Under the pieces are notes generated by a model that saw only the letters and a program-made list of their open reading frames with translations, was not told where the DNA came from and ran no database searches. The position numbers and the translations under genes are program-made. Positions 40,410 through 49,758 of a stretch of DNA of 64,000 nt are shown here, one piece after another; position 1 is the first letter of the stretch, and every line of letters starts with the position of its first letter. Origin of the DNA: an uncultured Candidatus Binatia bacterium (GTDB lineage Bacteria > Desulfobacterota > Binatia > UBA9968 > JAJDTQ01). The stretch lies in assembly GCA_965215605.1 (NCBI GenBank), contig OZ244070.1:192001-256000 (forward strand), read 5' to 3'.

Positions 40410-42528
40410 ATCCTTTCCCCACGAAGATCCGCACGTTGCGGAACCCGTCGATCTCGGCCCGGTCCCGCGGGTTCACCACCACCGTGGTCACCGGGGTCTC
40501 GATGACCGCCGGGCCGGACAGTTCCATGCCCGGGCACATGCGCTGGAAGTCGTAGATGCGGGTGGGGGCGAACTCGCCCAGCTCCTCGAAGAACACGTTG
40601 CGGGGCGGTTTGAGGGCCTCGTCCGCGGGCGCCTTGCGCGCCGGCTCCTTCCTGACCCGGGGCTTCGCCAACAACCCCACCGCGGTGACCCGGAAGGTGA
40701 GAATCTCCTTGCCCGCCTCCCGGTAGCCGGAGCCCTTGCCGTAGGCCTTCTCGTAGGCGTCGTCGAACTCGGCGTAGAGCCGCTCCAGGTCGACCTCCGC
40801 CAGGGACGAGGTTCCCGCAGGCAGCGGTACGTTCAGTTCGTGCACTTGATAACGGTAGCGCATGTCGGCGCTGCGCGTGATCGCCATTTCGGAAGGGCCG
40901 AAACCGGCGGCGCCCAGGTCCGCCCGCGCCCTGCGGATCAGCTCGTCGAAGTTCGCGTTGACGCGGCCGGGATCGGCCGGCACCTGGAGGTGATCGGACT
41001 TGCCGTACTCGTGGACGACGTCGGAGCTGATGAGGCCCGTGGCGCCGTGCACCGAGGCCGTGGGCGGGATCACCACCTGCCGGACGCCGAGGTCGGCGGC
41101 GTAGCGGCTGGCGTGCACCGGCCCGGCACCGCCGAAGGCGAACAGCACGAACGAGCGCGGATCGTGCCCCTTCTCCACCGTCGCGCGGCGGATCAGATCG
41201 CTCATGTGCGCGTTGGAGATGCGGTAGATGCCGCGGGCCGCCTCGGACGCGCTCATGCCCAGGGGCTGCGCGATCCGCCTTGTCACCGCCCCAAGCGCGG
41301 CGTCGCGGTCCAGCCGCATGCGCCCGCCGAGGAAGTAGTCGGGGTTGAGGTAGCCGAGGACGAGATCCGCGTCGGAGACCGTGGGCTCGGCACCGCCGAG
41401 GCCGTAGCACACCGGCCCCGGACGGGCGCCAGCGCCCTCGGGCCCCACCTTGAGAAGGCCGGTCTCTTCCTCGATCCAGGCGACGCTGCCGCCGCCGGCG
41501 CCCACGGACTCGACCCAGATCTTGGGGGCCAGCACCCGGTGGCGGAGCACCACCGGCGTGTAGTCGCGCTCGATCCGCCCTTCCCGTACCACGCCCACCT
41601 TGAACGTGGTGCCGCCCATGTCGGTGGCCAGGATGTCGTGCTCGCCGATCAGCTCGCCCAGGAAACGGGTCCCCACCACCCCCGACACGGGTCCGGATTC
41701 GATGGTGCCCACGGCGTTGCGGCAGGTGGCCTCGATGTCGAGCACGCCGCCGTAGGCCTGCATGATCATCGGCGGCTTGGCCAGCCCCTTGCCCCGCAGC
41801 ACCTGATGGAGATTGACGAGGTAAGCGGAGATGCGCGGGCCGATGTAGGCGTTGAACACCGTGGTGGCGGTGCGCTCGTACTCGCCGACGAACGGCGCCG
41901 TGGCACTCGAAAGGGTGACGTAGACGCCTGGATGACGGCGCCGCAGGATGCCGGCCACCGCCTTCTCGTGGGCGTCGTTGGCCACGGACCAGAGCAGGCA
42001 CACGGCGACGGACTCGACGCCGCGCGCCACCAAGTCGTCCAGGGCGGCGGCGGCCTGCTCCTCGTCCAGGGGCACGGTAACGGCGCCCTTGTAGTCCACG
42101 CGTTCGTTCACCTCGGCCACCAGGGAGCGGGGAACGAAGGGCTCGGGCTTGCGCAGCCAAGCCAGCCGGCCGGCCTCGGCCTCGGTAAGCCCGTCGGTCA
42201 CCTTGCCGCGCATCATGAGCAGCGTATCCGGAAAGCCCCGGGTCGTCACCAGGCCGGTCCTCGGACCGGAGCGGGTGATCAGGGTGTTCTCGCCGATGGT
42301 GCAGGCGTGGAAGAAAAGCGTGGTTTGCCGGAGGAGATCCTCCTCGTCGCCAAGGCCGATATTGCGGGCCGCGTCCCGCACCGCGTCGGCAGCGCCGACG
42401 GAATAGTCCGGCGGCGTGGAAAGCGACTTGCCCACCACCATCTCGCCTTGGTCGTTGACCACGACGCAGTCGGTAAAGGTGCCGCCGATGTCCACGCCGA
42501 CCACGTATCGACCTCGGTAATCACTCAT
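40381..42528 (-). CDS. Hydantoinase A/oxoprolinase family protein
   Basis: GVDIGGTFTD, EYERTATT, SGPVSGV, DMGGTTFKVG, GPEGAGARPGPVCYG. Confidence 0.93.
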   Translation of the reverse strand: MSDYRGRYVVGVDIGGTFTDCVVVNDQGEMVVGKSLSTPPDYSVGAADAVRDAARNIGLGDEEDLLRQTTLFFHACTIGENTLITRSGPRTGLVTTRGFPDTLLMMRGKVTDGLTEAEAGRLAWLRKPEPFVPRSLVAEVNERVDYKGAVTVPLDEEQAAAALDDLVARGVESVAVCLLWSVANDAHEKAVAGILRRRHPGVYVTLSSATAPFVGEYERTATTVFNAYIGPRISAYLVNLHQVLRGKGLAKPPMIMQAYGGVLDIEATCRNAVGTIESGPVSGVVGTRFLGELIGEHDILATDMGGTTFKVGVVREGRIERDYTPVVLRHRVLAPKIWVESVGAGGGSVAWIEEETGLLKVGPEGAGARPGPVCYGLGGAEPTVSDADLVLGYLNPDYFLGGRMRLDRDAALGAVTRRIAQPLGMSASEAARGIYRISNAHMSDLIRRATVEKGHDPRSFVLFAFGGAGPVHASRYAADLGVRQVVIPPTASVHGATGLISSDVVHEYGKSDHLQVPADPGRVNANFDELIRRARADLGAAGFGPSEMAITRSADMRYRYQVHELNVPLPAGTSSLAEVDLERLYAEFDDAYEKAYGKGSGYREAGKEILTFRVTAVGLLAKPRVRKEPARKAPADEALKPPRNVFFEELGEFAPTRIYDFQRMCPGMELSGPAVIETPVTTVVVNPRDRAEIDGFRNVRIFVGKGFTSFPTRDP

Positions 42529-43505
42529 ATAGGGTTGATATAATTACGGTTTTTAAGGGATCTGACCTGCGGATCGCCAGGCATCTCCACGCCCCAGTCA
42601 AGCATCTTCTCGTAGCGCCAGGATGACGTTCTGCCATCCGGATACATCGTTGGAATTTCGGCCTGGTATCTTGATTTTCGGCCTGCCGGATCTTCTTCGG
42701 CAAAGACCGCGACCACGCGGGCTTCGACAGAACGCCGCCTTGGCGCATCCTCCCGTGTCGTCGGATCGTTGAAGGCGGTGTGAAAGGTGACCCGGGAGGC
42801 CAGATCCTCGATGCGGGAATCGTATTGCCTGAAGATCATCGCCTCATTCGGCTCCATCCGTGGAAAGTAATGCCAGTTCTGGGCCATGTCATGAACAAGG
42901 CGGTACAATACCAGGCGGGTGGCCGGCTCGGTCAGGCGCCATCCATCGGAACTGATCATGTCATCGGCCAAGATGGTCGAATGGTCGCACAACGCAAGGG
43001 GTTTTGACTCGATTGCCTGCAGGGGGTCCGTGCTGCGCCAGACAGTGTAGACGCCGAAGTGATGGCCATCAGGTATGTCGAGCACTTCCTCGACATAGGG
43101 AGTCAGATCCGCGTGGGGCGTCTCCGCATAGGTCCCGGCGCCGTTGGGCGAACTTGGCACGCCGGTGCGAAACTCGTGCTGCATGGTCCGTGCACGAAGG
43201 CATCCGGTTGCCGCCATGACCAACTCCGCGCACTGGTCGTAGAACCGGGAAACGACATCGTCATGATTGCCGTAATCGATATCGATCGGCGCATGCACAA
43301 GCTCGAATCCCATGCGCCCGATGGTGGCGGCCGGTTCGAGGGCGCGCGCATCGTGAACGCGGATCGGCTTGACAACGAGCACTTCCGAATGATCGGCCCC
43401 ATCACCGTGGCATGGCAGCCGGAACCCCCGGTATCTCGGATTCACGAAGGCACTTTCCGAAACAACAAACGACGTATCGGGAAACAATGGCAGAGTTCTC
43501 ATCAT
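42525..43505 (-). CDS. CmcJ/NvfI/AsaB-like Fe(II)/2-oxoglutarate-type oxidoreductase (copy 1)
   Basis: IRVHDAR..GFEL, HAD metal motif, VWRS, PLALCD, WHYFPRM, QYDS, FHTAFNDP, RRSVEARV. Confidence 0.82.
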   Translation of the reverse strand: MMRTLPLFPDTSFVVSESAFVNPRYRGFRLPCHGDGADHSEVLVVKPIRVHDARALEPAATIGRMGFELVHAPIDIDYGNHDDVVSRFYDQCAELVMAATGCLRARTMQHEFRTGVPSSPNGAGTYAETPHADLTPYVEEVLDIPDGHHFGVYTVWRSTDPLQAIESKPLALCDHSTILADDMISSDGWRLTEPATRLVLYRLVHDMAQNWHYFPRMEPNEAMIFRQYDSRIEDLASRVTFHTAFNDPTTREDAPRRRSVEARVVAVFAEEDPAGRKSRYQAEIPTMYPDGRTSSWRYEKMLDWGVEMPGDPQVRSLKNRNYINPI

Positions 43506-45016
43506 GACGTCGGCAGGTCCTGGAATTCGGGCGGTTGTGCCTTGCAGTAATCGTCAATGAATTGCTGGTGGTCCGGAAACTGGTCCACCTGCTTGTCGAC
43601 ATTTTCGTGGATGTCAGCCAGGTATTGCCCGAACTCCTCGTCGCTCATCGCATTGGCGATCGGGTGATACTGTTCCGGAATCAGACCCTGGCCCAGCATG
43701 ACCTGCGCCCATGACGTGGTGCCGAACAGTTCCGCCTGGTTCCACGCTATCCGGCCCGTTTGACGAAACAGCTTGATCCGGTGTTCGAGGGAGTCGGGAA
43801 TCTTCATGGTCCGGCACTGCCGCCAGAACGGCGTATCCGAGCGGTTGGTCACATGGTAGTGCAGGATGATGAAATCCCGGATATTGTCGATTTCAAGCTG
43901 CATGTGGGAATTGAACTCTGCGATCCCGGCTTCGCGAATTCCGTTATCGGGGAACATCTGGACCAGGCGGGTGATGCCGCGCTGAATGAGGTGGATGCTG
44001 GTCGATTCGAGCGGTTCGATGAAACCGGATGCCAGTCCCACGGCAACGCAGTTCTTGTGCCAGCACCTGTGCCTCTGGCCGGCTCTGAAACGGATCAGCC
44101 GCGGCTCTGCAAGCACCCGGCCCTGCACATTGTCGAGCAGCCGTGCCCTTGCCTCGTCGTCGGACCAGTGCCGGGAGGAGAACACCATGCCGTTCCCGAC
44201 CCGGTGCTGCAGCGGAATGCGCCATTGCCACCCCGCTTCACGGGCTATCGAGCGGGTATATGGATGCGCGGCTCCGGACGATTCGGTTGGCACCGCGATT
44301 GCGCGGTCACAGGGCAACCAGTCGCCATAATCATCGAAGCCGACATCGAGGGTTTGGCCGATCAGGAGCCCGCGAAAGCCGGTGCAGTCGATGAACAGGT
44401 CGCCGGTGACGAGTTGCCCGGTTTGCAGGCGCAGACCGGTTATGAATCCACTGGCCGGATCCTGTTCCACCTGCTCAATTCGTCCTTCATGCCGGACAAC
44501 GCCAAGCTCCTCGGCAATACCTCGCAGGAATTGTCCGTACAGTCCGGCATCAATATGATAGGCGTAGTTCAGAACGTTGTGCAGGCTGATTGCAAACCGG
44601 TCGCGCAGCGCCGCCGCTGTTTCCGGACAATATTCGCCATAATCCCGGGCCAGGCCCAGCAAATGGCCCCTCAGCCAGTAATGCTGAAAGCCGGCGGTCC
44701 AGCGCTCCCTGCCGACCCACCCGAAGGAATGGAAGTAGTCTTCGCCCAGGTCCCGCCAGTTCTCGAACGAAATTCCAAGCTTGAAGGTACCCTGTACGGC
44801 CCGCAGGAAATCAGTCTCCCTGACATCCATGTATTCGTGAAAAAGTCGCAGCGGTGGAATCGTCGCTTCACCCACCCCGACAGTGCCGATATCGTCGGAT
44901 TCGACCAGGACAATGTCCAGGGTTTCGCCAAGTTGCCGGGCAAACATTGCCGCAGCCATCCATCCGGCAGTCCCACCTCCGGCGATCACGAGTTTCCTGA
45001 TTTTCCTATTGTGCAT
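43502..45016 (-). CDS. Flavin-dependent tryptophan-halogenase family protein (full length, 504 aa)
   Basis: GGGTAG, VGVGEATIP, GTFKLGI catalytic Lys, YAYHIDA, GWQWRIP, FIEPLESTSIH. Confidence 0.93.
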   Translation of the reverse strand: MHNRKIRKLVIAGGGTAGWMAAAMFARQLGETLDIVLVESDDIGTVGVGEATIPPLRLFHEYMDVRETDFLRAVQGTFKLGISFENWRDLGEDYFHSFGWVGRERWTAGFQHYWLRGHLLGLARDYGEYCPETAAALRDRFAISLHNVLNYAYHIDAGLYGQFLRGIAEELGVVRHEGRIEQVEQDPASGFITGLRLQTGQLVTGDLFIDCTGFRGLLIGQTLDVGFDDYGDWLPCDRAIAVPTESSGAAHPYTRSIAREAGWQWRIPLQHRVGNGMVFSSRHWSDDEARARLLDNVQGRVLAEPRLIRFRAGQRHRCWHKNCVAVGLASGFIEPLESTSIHLIQRGITRLVQMFPDNGIREAGIAEFNSHMQLEIDNIRDFIILHYHVTNRSDTPFWRQCRTMKIPDSLEHRIKLFRQTGRIAWNQAELFGTTSWAQVMLGQGLIPEQYHPIANAMSDEEFGQYLADIHENVDKQVDQFPDHQQFIDDYCKAQPPEFQDLPTS

Positions 45017-45236
45017 AACCTGCCTCTGGAGGGTCGACTTGGCGTATTCGCGCCATTGCCGGACTGGTACAGGGCGGTTCAGGGCGGTTCAGTGTGGGCA
45101 AAATCTGCAGTCTGACATACGAGGCATCGACCAGGCCCGGAAGTCGGGGACCGGGCATCATGGGAATGGCGACACTGGCGTGCACCCATGACCGGCAGCG
45201 TTGGAGGATGGAAGTCCCGCTGGAAGAGACGGCAGC

Positions 45237-45305
45237 TCACCCGAAGGGAATGGTGCAGACTCCAGACCGGTCTGCCTGTGCCTCGATCTGTGACGGTGAG
45301 TTCAT
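45237..45305 (-). pseudogene. Internally deleted NHLP precursor remnant (MNSPSQIEAQADRSGVCTIPFG*)
   Basis: Upstream ATGTTCAGAGAA and coding TCACAGATCGAGGC are shared with the precursor at 45410-45670; similarity stops after codon 10. Confidence 0.65.
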
Positions 45306-45364
45306 GTCCGTTCGCCCTGTTCTCTGAACATTGGCACAACGGCATTGCTTGGCAGGAAGAATGG

Positions 45365-45397
45365 CTCCGGCAGAAAATCAGCAGATCACTGCCGGAG
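45365..45397 (-). terminator. Stem-loop just downstream of precursor 1 (terminator or mRNA-stabilising hairpin)
   Basis: CTCCGGCAG...CTGCCGGAG 9-bp stem, 12 nt after the stop. Confidence 0.5.
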
Positions 45398-45409
45398 ACC
45401 CGACAATGC

Positions 45410-45670
45410 TCACCAGGTGTGGATGTCACCAATCCCGCCGGCAACGCCGCTGATTTCCTCATCCGACAGGCTGCGGCCCGCCGGTGGCAGGACCAGGTGA
45501 TAGTCGGTGGCGTTGTCTTCAAGGACATGGATGTTGATGCCGTCCGGAACCGAAAGCCCGGTCGCGTCCTTGATGGCTGCCTTCGGGTCATTCAGGAGCC
45601 GGGCGCGGAATTCTCCGTCCTCGTCGGCCTTGGCAAGTACCTGCGCCTCGATCTGTGATTGTCTGCTCAT
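45410..45670 (-). CDS. NHLP-leader RiPP precursor 1; predicted core IGDIHTW
   Basis: AKADEDGEFRARLLNDPKAAI, HLVLPP, LSDEEISGVAGG double-Gly site; AAGGAG RBS; 86 aa. Confidence 0.92.
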   Translation of the reverse strand: MSRQSQIEAQVLAKADEDGEFRARLLNDPKAAIKDATGLSVPDGINIHVLEDNATDYHLVLPPAGRSLSDEEISGVAGGIGDIHTW

Positions 45671-45858
45671 GTCTTTCTCCTTATTCTCTGAACATCGCCA
45701 TAGCGACATGACGTCCTGCCGTTTTCCACGGCCATTGAACCTCAACTACTTCAGGTCATTGTTCGAGTCAACCCGATTGTTGCAAACTCTGGCGTTCCGT
45801 AAGCGTAAGCGAAACGTAAGCAACTGGCAGCAGAACGGGGCCAGCCGCACACCGGCGG

Positions 45859-46776
45859 CTATCCCGCGTTCCAATCGAGCATCACTTCGTGACGCGACGC
45901 CGCCGGGGTGCCGTCGAGATGGACTGTCGGAACCTCGGCCTGGAATCTGGCCCTTCTGACTTCGCGCTCCGTGTCGTCCTCGCGGAAGACCGCGACGACG
46001 CGCGCCTCCACTGATCGACGCAACGGCGCGTCCTCCCGGGTCGTCGGATCCTTGAAGGCGGAATGAAAGGTCATCCTGCGATTCGGCTCCTCCCGGCGCG
46101 AATCATACTGCACGAAGATCAGCGCCTCGTCCGGCGTCATGCGCGGAAAGTAGTACCAGCACTGACCGAGATTGTGGACAAGGCGGTAGTCCACCAACAG
46201 CGTTGGCGGTTCGGTCCGTCGCATACTGTCGGCGCAGACCATGTCGGTGCGGGATACGGTGGCGCCGTCGCAAAGGGCCAGCGGCATGAACTCTATTTCC
46301 CGTTCCGGATCGATACTGCGCCAGACGTTGAACAGGCCGAAATGCCGCCCTTCCGGGATATCCACGACGTCCTCGATGTAGGGGGTCACGTCGCCGTGGG
46401 CCGGCAGTCCATAGGCGCCGTTGGGGGTTCCATCCCTGAACTCATGTTGCATGACCTCCGCGGCCAGGCATCCGGTCGCCGCTCTGACAAGGTTCAAACA
46501 ATATTCGTAGAAGCGCGTCTTGACGAGCTCCCTGTTGGAGAAATCGATGCGAATGGGAGCTTCCACCAACTGGAAGCCCTGGTCATCGAGACTCGGAGCC
46601 TGCTCGAGCGCGCGGGCGTCATGGACCCGGATCGGCTTGCGGAGAAACATCTGCCGCCTCTCATCCAGATCGAGGGTTTGCTCGTACCCCAGGCGCTTGC
46701 CGCGATACTTTGGGTTCGCGAAGATCGTGTCCGAGATTACCGAGGGCGCGTCTGCCAAGGCCGGGATTCGTCTCAT
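45859..46776 (-). CDS. CmcJ/NvfI/AsaB-like Fe(II)/2-oxoglutarate-type oxidoreductase (copy 2)
   Basis: IRVHDAR..SLDDQGFQL, HGD motif, NVWRS, PLALCD, WYYFPRMTPDE, FHSAFKDP, RRSVEARV. Confidence 0.82.
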   Translation of the reverse strand: MRRIPALADAPSVISDTIFANPKYRGKRLGYEQTLDLDERRQMFLRKPIRVHDARALEQAPSLDDQGFQLVEAPIRIDFSNRELVKTRFYEYCLNLVRAATGCLAAEVMQHEFRDGTPNGAYGLPAHGDVTPYIEDVVDIPEGRHFGLFNVWRSIDPEREIEFMPLALCDGATVSRTDMVCADSMRRTEPPTLLVDYRLVHNLGQCWYYFPRMTPDEALIFVQYDSRREEPNRRMTFHSAFKDPTTREDAPLRRSVEARVVAVFREDDTEREVRRARFQAEVPTVHLDGTPAASRHEVMLDWNAG

Positions 46777-46797
46777 GCTTCCATCTCCGGGTTGATC

Positions 46798-49758
46798 TCA
46801 AGCCATTTGCCGCGATGCAAGGTCACGGAACGGACCGTCCGCGTTGAACAGCTCGTCGAAACGGCCGACCTGCACCACGCGGCCGCCCTTCAGCACGTAG
46901 ATCCGATCCGCCTTGCGGATGGTGGACAGCCGGTGGGCAATGACGAAACGAGTGCCGGTGGATTCCTCGACGGCCTTCATCGTCTGCGCCTGGCTCTTGG
47001 TGTCGAGCCAGCTCGTGGGCTCGTCGAGGAAGACGATGCGCGGGTTCCGCACCAGCGCGGCGGCGAGGCCGATGCGCTGACCCTGACCACCCGAGAACGT
47101 CGCCGCGTTCTCGCCTACCGTGGTGTAGAGCCCCATCGGCATGTTGCGGATGTCCTGGTCGACGGCCGCCAGGCGGGCGGCGCGCCACGCATCGACCGTG
47201 GTCAGATCGTTGCCGATGCCGATGATGTTGGTGAGAATGGTGCCGGCCTGGAGCGAGCCGTTCTGCATGACCACGCCGATCTGCCGCCGCACGGCGCCGA
47301 CGTCCAGTTGGGCCAGGTCCTGACCGTCGTAGTACACCGCGCCCGACGACGGCTTCTCCAGCCCCAGCGCAAGCCGGAACACCGTGCTCTTGCCGGCGCC
47401 CGATTCGCCCACCACCGCGACGAACTCGCCGGGCTTCGCGTGAATCGAGACCTCTTGCAGTATCCTGGGGCTGCCCTCGGAATAACTGAAGCTCACCTTG
47501 TCGAGGACGACTTCCCCTTCGAGTGTCGGCCGGATGCCGCGTCGGGCTCCGGCGTCCACCGGGCTCGCGAGTATCGGAAGCACCTGCTCGCATGCCGGCT
47601 TGATGAATGCCACGGCCCTGGCCGAATTGCCCAGCATCACGATGGACAGGCAAAAGACCATGGCCGCGATGTGGACGGCCACGAAGCCCGCCGCCGGGAG
47701 TCCACCGGCGCCTTGCGACGCCACCACCGAGAACAGGACGGCGCTGGCCAGCGCGGGCACTCCGGCGCTGAAGGCGGTGAGGCGTTCGCCGAGGACGGCT
47801 ATCCGGATCTCCGCCTGCTTGTGTTCCCGGTAGCGCTTCGCCCAGGCGGCGAAAGCCGAGTCTTCCGCGCCGGTGGCGCGCAGCTTGGCGATGCCGTTCA
47901 GGAACTGGTGCATGTCGCCGGCGAGTTGGCGCGCCGTTTCGAGGTGGCGCCGCTGCGGTTCGACATTGAGGATGCAAAAGACGGCCGTGGCGCCGAGCAC
48001 GACCATGCCCAGAAACACCATGGCCCAGCCCAGCGCCGCGCTGTGGTAGAACAGCAGCCCGAAGGCAGGCAACACGAACAACGTCGACAACACCGCGTCG
48101 GCCGTGACTCCGGCGACATTGTCCCTGATTTCCTGGAAGACCATGGACCGCGCCACCAGCTCGCCCGCGGTGAAGCGGCGAAAGAAGGCCGATGGCAGGC
48201 GCAGCAGACGGTCCCATACGGTCGAGACGAGCCGCGCGGCCAGACGCCCCTCCAGACGCATGAGCGCAGTGCCGCGGAGGACGTGCGCCGCCGCCGCCAC
48301 GAAGGCCAGCCCCACCAGAACGGCCGAGAACTGAATCAGCGCGGCCGCGTCGCCCGCGGGGATCACCCGGTCGACCAGCAGGTCGACGGCCACGGCCGGC
48401 GCGAGACTCAGCAAACCGGCGCCGAGGCCCGCGGCCACGAGCCGGCCGGTCTCGGTGGCGGCCTTTGTGCCGCCGACACGGAACAACTCGCGCAGTCCGG
48501 CGGCGCCCTCGGCGTGGAGCCTGGGATACAGCAGGCGAGCGTCGCGAATCTCGTGGGTCGTCTCGGCGCTGGCGGGTGTGGACTCACCGGTCACCGGATC
48601 CACCACGCGGTACCGGCCCGCCCGGCCGGGCAGCAGGACGACAGGACGGTCATCGTCGCGCCGAAAGGCCAGCAGCGCGCCGCTGTCCCCCAGGTACCAA
48701 CGGTCTTCCACCAACAGCCGGACTCGGCGCTCACGCACTCCCGACGCCTCGCAGTAATCGCGGAGCGACGGTTCCGCCCCGGCGCCGACGGCCGGCGTAC
48801 TGAATCGGATGCCTTCGTGCCGGCCGATGATCCGCAATGCGTTCCCGAGGGCCGTACCGTCCAACGCCGTCTCGTCACCGGCGTCAGACAGGCTCGACAG
48901 GTTCCGCCTGGCCAAGGCCTTGTCGTGGCGGCGCTGCGAAGCCTGCGCCACCTGCAGATTGGCGTCGTCGACCCGCAGCAGCCGCCGGTGCATGGACTCG
49001 GCGCCGAGAACCAACCGATGAAACTCCGGCAAGGCTGAGGTCAGCAGCGTGGCGATGTCGATCTCGCCGGTGGACACCCCGGTAATGTCCGTGGCCGAAT
49101 GCAGCCTGAGCCAGGTATCCCGGGTCAGGGGCATCATGCCGGGACCGTCCCTCCCCCCGGTGTCCGCCAGATCGAGGAAGGTAGCCTGGAGGTCGTCGGC
49201 CACAACCCAGACCACGCCGCGCTCGGCCGACACGATGCCGCTGCCCGCCGCACCTCCGGGAAGGAGCCGATGCTCGGTTCGGGGATGCTCCTCCATTTCG
49301 CGAACCACGGCGCCGCCCAGGTCCTCGATCCAGGCATCGACCTGCGCGCGCAGCGCGCACGAGAGCCGGTCGGCGTCGTCGCTCCGCTGCGCCGCGTCCA
49401 GCAACCGGTGGAGGGACAAGCAACGCAAGGAGGACCCTTGCAGTCCCTTCGCGATCAGTTTCAGGGAATGAGCGGCCGCGCCGGCGCCGAACGCCAGCCG
49501 GCCCTGCTCCAGGCGCACGACATGCCTGAAGGGCGACTGCATCTGGTCATCGGCGTACTCTGCCGCCAGGACGTCGATGGCTCCTCGTTCGACGAACCAG
49601 ACGACGCCGGCGTCCTGCAGGTGGATCGGGCGGCTTGCGGCGGCTTCCCGTGGCTCGCCGAACGCCGCGGCGAACTCGGCCAGCACGTCCCTCGGTTGTT
49701 CGTCATTCGCCACGAAGCAGCCCGTGGTAGAAGGTGCCGGCGGCGTGGAGCTCGTCAT
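46798..49758 (-). CDS. NHLP bacteriocin export ABC transporter permease/ATPase (TIGR03797-like)
   Basis: N-terminal cNMP-like/degenerate peptidase region, WDRLLRLP..FFRRFTAGEL, GESGAGKS, FSGGQ, LDEPTSWLD. Confidence 0.9.
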   Translation of the reverse strand: MTSSTPPAPSTTGCFVANDEQPRDVLAEFAAAFGEPREAAASRPIHLQDAGVVWFVERGAIDVLAAEYADDQMQSPFRHVVRLEQGRLAFGAGAAAHSLKLIAKGLQGSSLRCLSLHRLLDAAQRSDDADRLSCALRAQVDAWIEDLGGAVVREMEEHPRTEHRLLPGGAAGSGIVSAERGVVWVVADDLQATFLDLADTGGRDGPGMMPLTRDTWLRLHSATDITGVSTGEIDIATLLTSALPEFHRLVLGAESMHRRLLRVDDANLQVAQASQRRHDKALARRNLSSLSDAGDETALDGTALGNALRIIGRHEGIRFSTPAVGAGAEPSLRDYCEASGVRERRVRLLVEDRWYLGDSGALLAFRRDDDRPVVLLPGRAGRYRVVDPVTGESTPASAETTHEIRDARLLYPRLHAEGAAGLRELFRVGGTKAATETGRLVAAGLGAGLLSLAPAVAVDLLVDRVIPAGDAAALIQFSAVLVGLAFVAAAAHVLRGTALMRLEGRLAARLVSTVWDRLLRLPSAFFRRFTAGELVARSMVFQEIRDNVAGVTADAVLSTLFVLPAFGLLFYHSAALGWAMVFLGMVVLGATAVFCILNVEPQRRHLETARQLAGDMHQFLNGIAKLRATGAEDSAFAAWAKRYREHKQAEIRIAVLGERLTAFSAGVPALASAVLFSVVASQGAGGLPAAGFVAVHIAAMVFCLSIVMLGNSARAVAFIKPACEQVLPILASPVDAGARRGIRPTLEGEVVLDKVSFSYSEGSPRILQEVSIHAKPGEFVAVVGESGAGKSTVFRLALGLEKPSSGAVYYDGQDLAQLDVGAVRRQIGVVMQNGSLQAGTILTNIIGIGNDLTTVDAWRAARLAAVDQDIRNMPMGLYTTVGENAATFSGGQGQRIGLAAALVRNPRIVFLDEPTSWLDTKSQAQTMKAVEESTGTRFVIAHRLSTIRKADRIYVLKGGRVVQVGRFDELFNADGPFRDLASRQMA

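Noticed and set aside
45070-45092. 10-bp tandem repeat CAGGGCGGTT x2 upstream of the halogenase
   Set aside because: Too short to assign a function; no spacers, so not CRISPR.
45410-45670. Nitrile hydratase alpha subunit
   Set aside because: Lacks the CxxCSC metal-binding motif and ends in a double-Gly leader; it is an NHLP precursor (same for 52165-52425).
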